DNA of 63,760 nt, counting the filler, from Asterionella formosa (taxonomy: Eukaryota): NCBI GenBank assembly GCA_002256025.1. It is 12 parts of 12 records of this genome, joined end to end, with 100 filler letters (N's around TTAATTAATTAA, not from the genome) between each part and the next. Parts side by side here need not be neighbours in the genome. Positions count along the whole stretch, not along the records: positions 58,551 to 63,760 come from NKIB01013170.1; 11 more parts are not named here. The stretch is one strand, 5' to 3'. Made by a program: the position numbers and the translations under genes. A model generated the notes under the pieces. The model searched no databases. It was not told where the DNA came from and saw only the letters and a list, made by a program, of their open reading frames with translations. Shown piece by piece: positions 62,140-63,760 of this stretch (position 1 is the stretch's first letter; each line of letters starts with the position of its first letter).

Positions 62140-62447
62140 TGTTGAAATTGCGTCCCAAAGCTCTCTATTGCTTTCTTGTATCCTGTAAGGACACGTCAGT
62201 GACCAAATAGGCTGTAGATATGAACAACGATGTTGCACGTAATCGATTGTAATCGTTCCCAAGAGTTTTAATAGAAGTATGAATTTTGGTGGCGATGTAG
62301 ATTGTTTTCGAATTCTGAGTTTTCTCTAGTACCGGTACCATATTCTTTCTTGATTCATTCGATTCAATATGTAGTACCGGGTAGGTAATTCTTACCGGGA
62401 TTTTTCTTTCCAAAAATAATTTCTCCAACACTCTCCACTCCTGCTGG
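62140..62447 (-). mobile_element. Copia 3' LTR plus PPT, same family as 52702-52967
   Basis: TGTTG...CAACA ends at 62140-62430, colinear with the other LTR. The PPT remnant CACTCCTGCTGG is followed directly by the GGGAGTTCC repeat. Confidence 0.88.
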
Positions 62448-62506
62448 GAGTTCCGGGAAAGCAAGTCCGAATATTGCGAATATTTGTCCGAACATGCAGA
62501 CCGGCG

Positions 62507-62606
62507 GCAAGTTGCGGTAATTTTGCTGAACTAAGGATTTACCGGTAGCTGGTTTTATCCCATGTCGAATTGTTTATTTACCGGTAAGCCAAATCACCAC
62601 ATCTTG
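62507..62606. mobile_element. MITE-like element, GCAAGTTGCGG family, with two CCGGTA insertions
   Basis: Starts GCAAGTTGCGGTAATTTTGCTGAA and aligns to 49736-49825 once two CCGGTA are removed. Confidence 0.65.
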
Positions 62607-62771
62607 TTGTTGTACCTTCAACCAGCGGTCATTTTCCTGAAACAGACAACATGTTACTGGACATTGACATATTTTATAATGTATAAAGAAAATCATCTAT
62701 TCATAGGACGATTCAGCAAAATATATAGCGGAATTCTTCTAATTGCAAAAACGAGAACAAACCGCATATGA

Positions 62772-63760
62772 CTATGACATTCAGGAAGCATTATGACTTT
62801 CAGGAAATTCCTATAAATGTCAGGAAATGACTATGACTATCAGGAAATGCCTATGACTTTCAGGAAAACTTAAGGAAACTTCAGGAAATGTGTAAGGAAA
62901 TTTCAGGAAATGCATGGAATTTCCTGAAGTCTCCAAAATTAGTCCTTATGTTTCCTGACATTTCCTGAAGTTTCCTTAGTTTTCCTGAAGCGATACCTCC
63001 AATGTCAGCAATCATCAACTGGTTGTCAACATTCAAAGCCAAGTTACGAAGTGTTGCACAACCAGATTCCTGGACATTAGGATTCTCTGGATGTTTCTTC
63101 ATTGCAACCACAATCGCAGCGATACCTCCTTCATCAGCAATCCGCCCCTTGTTGCCATCATTTAAAGCCAAGTTCCAAAGTGCTCCACAACCATATTCTT
63201 GGACATAAGGAAACTCTGGATGAATCTTCATTGCAGACACAATAGAAGTGATACCTCCTGCTTCAGCAATTGTCATCTGGTTGTCGCGATTCTCAGCCAA
63301 CTTCATAAGTGCTCCACAACCAGAGTATTGAACATAAGCATCCTTGTTTAGATGTTTATAAGGAAACTTCAGGAAATGCGTAAGGAAATTTCAGGAAATG
63401 CATGGAATTTCCTGAAGTCTCCAAAATTAGTCCTTATGTTTCCTGACATTTCCTGAAGTTTCCTTAAGTTTTCCTGAAGCGATACCTCCATTGTCAGCAA
63501 TCATCAACTGGTTGTCAACATTCAAAGCCAAGTTACGAAGTGTTGCACAACCAGATTCCTGGACATTAGGATTCTCTGGATGTTTCTTCATTGCAACCAC
63601 AATCGCAGCGATACCTCCTTCATCAGCAATCCGCCCCTTGTTGCCATCATTTAAAGCCAAGTTCCAAAGTGCTCCACAACCATATTCTTGGACATAAGGA
63701 AACTCTGGATGAATCTTCATTGCAGACACAATAGAAGTGATACCTCCTGCTTCAGCAATT
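62772..63760 (-). repeat. Tandem 489-bp units of armadillo-repeat fragment plus TCAGGAAA-rich quasi-palindrome
   Basis: Identical ORFs at 63002-63208 and 63491-63697 (offset 489). ARM repeats IAxxGGI..IV.AMK.HP....VQ..GC.AL.NLA are cut after GGIA by TCAGGAAA/TTTCCTGA repeats. Confidence 0.85.

Overview
This is eukaryotic nuclear DNA, most likely from a diatom. The evidence is short GT-AG introns, a CoDi-type copia end, a bipartite plastid presequence, and diatom-style ANK/LRR/ARM families. The window is not one locus. It joins 12 size-sorted scaffolds of about 5.2 kb (5234 down to 5210 nt) with 100-nt N-TTAATTAATTAA-N linkers, so linkage only holds within a scaffold. Supported genes: PILS-type transporter, candidate REC114/PHS1, auxilin-like J protein, a divergent pair of secreted CHRD proteins, KH protein, WS/DGAT, LPA1-like, ankyrin protein, mS37-like, LSM14/Scd6, a mitochondrial carrier, RPS16, a PAM2-like protein, an FG-GAP propeller, and an LRR-IRAK-type kinase-RING protein next to broken LRR and ARM arrays. 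Mobile DNA: a decayed Plavaka-type transposon with identifiable ends, a Tc1/IS630-like relic, a 90-bp MITE family, and copia LTRs. Three signals stand out. (1) Pervasive GTACC(A/T)GGTA and TACCGGTA arrays parse as stacked TA-site transposon excision footprints, with four filled-versus-empty comparisons inside the window. (2) The immune-like LRR-kinase-RING architecture. (3) A candidate diatom REC114. All family calls come from motif recognition by eye; no searches were run.
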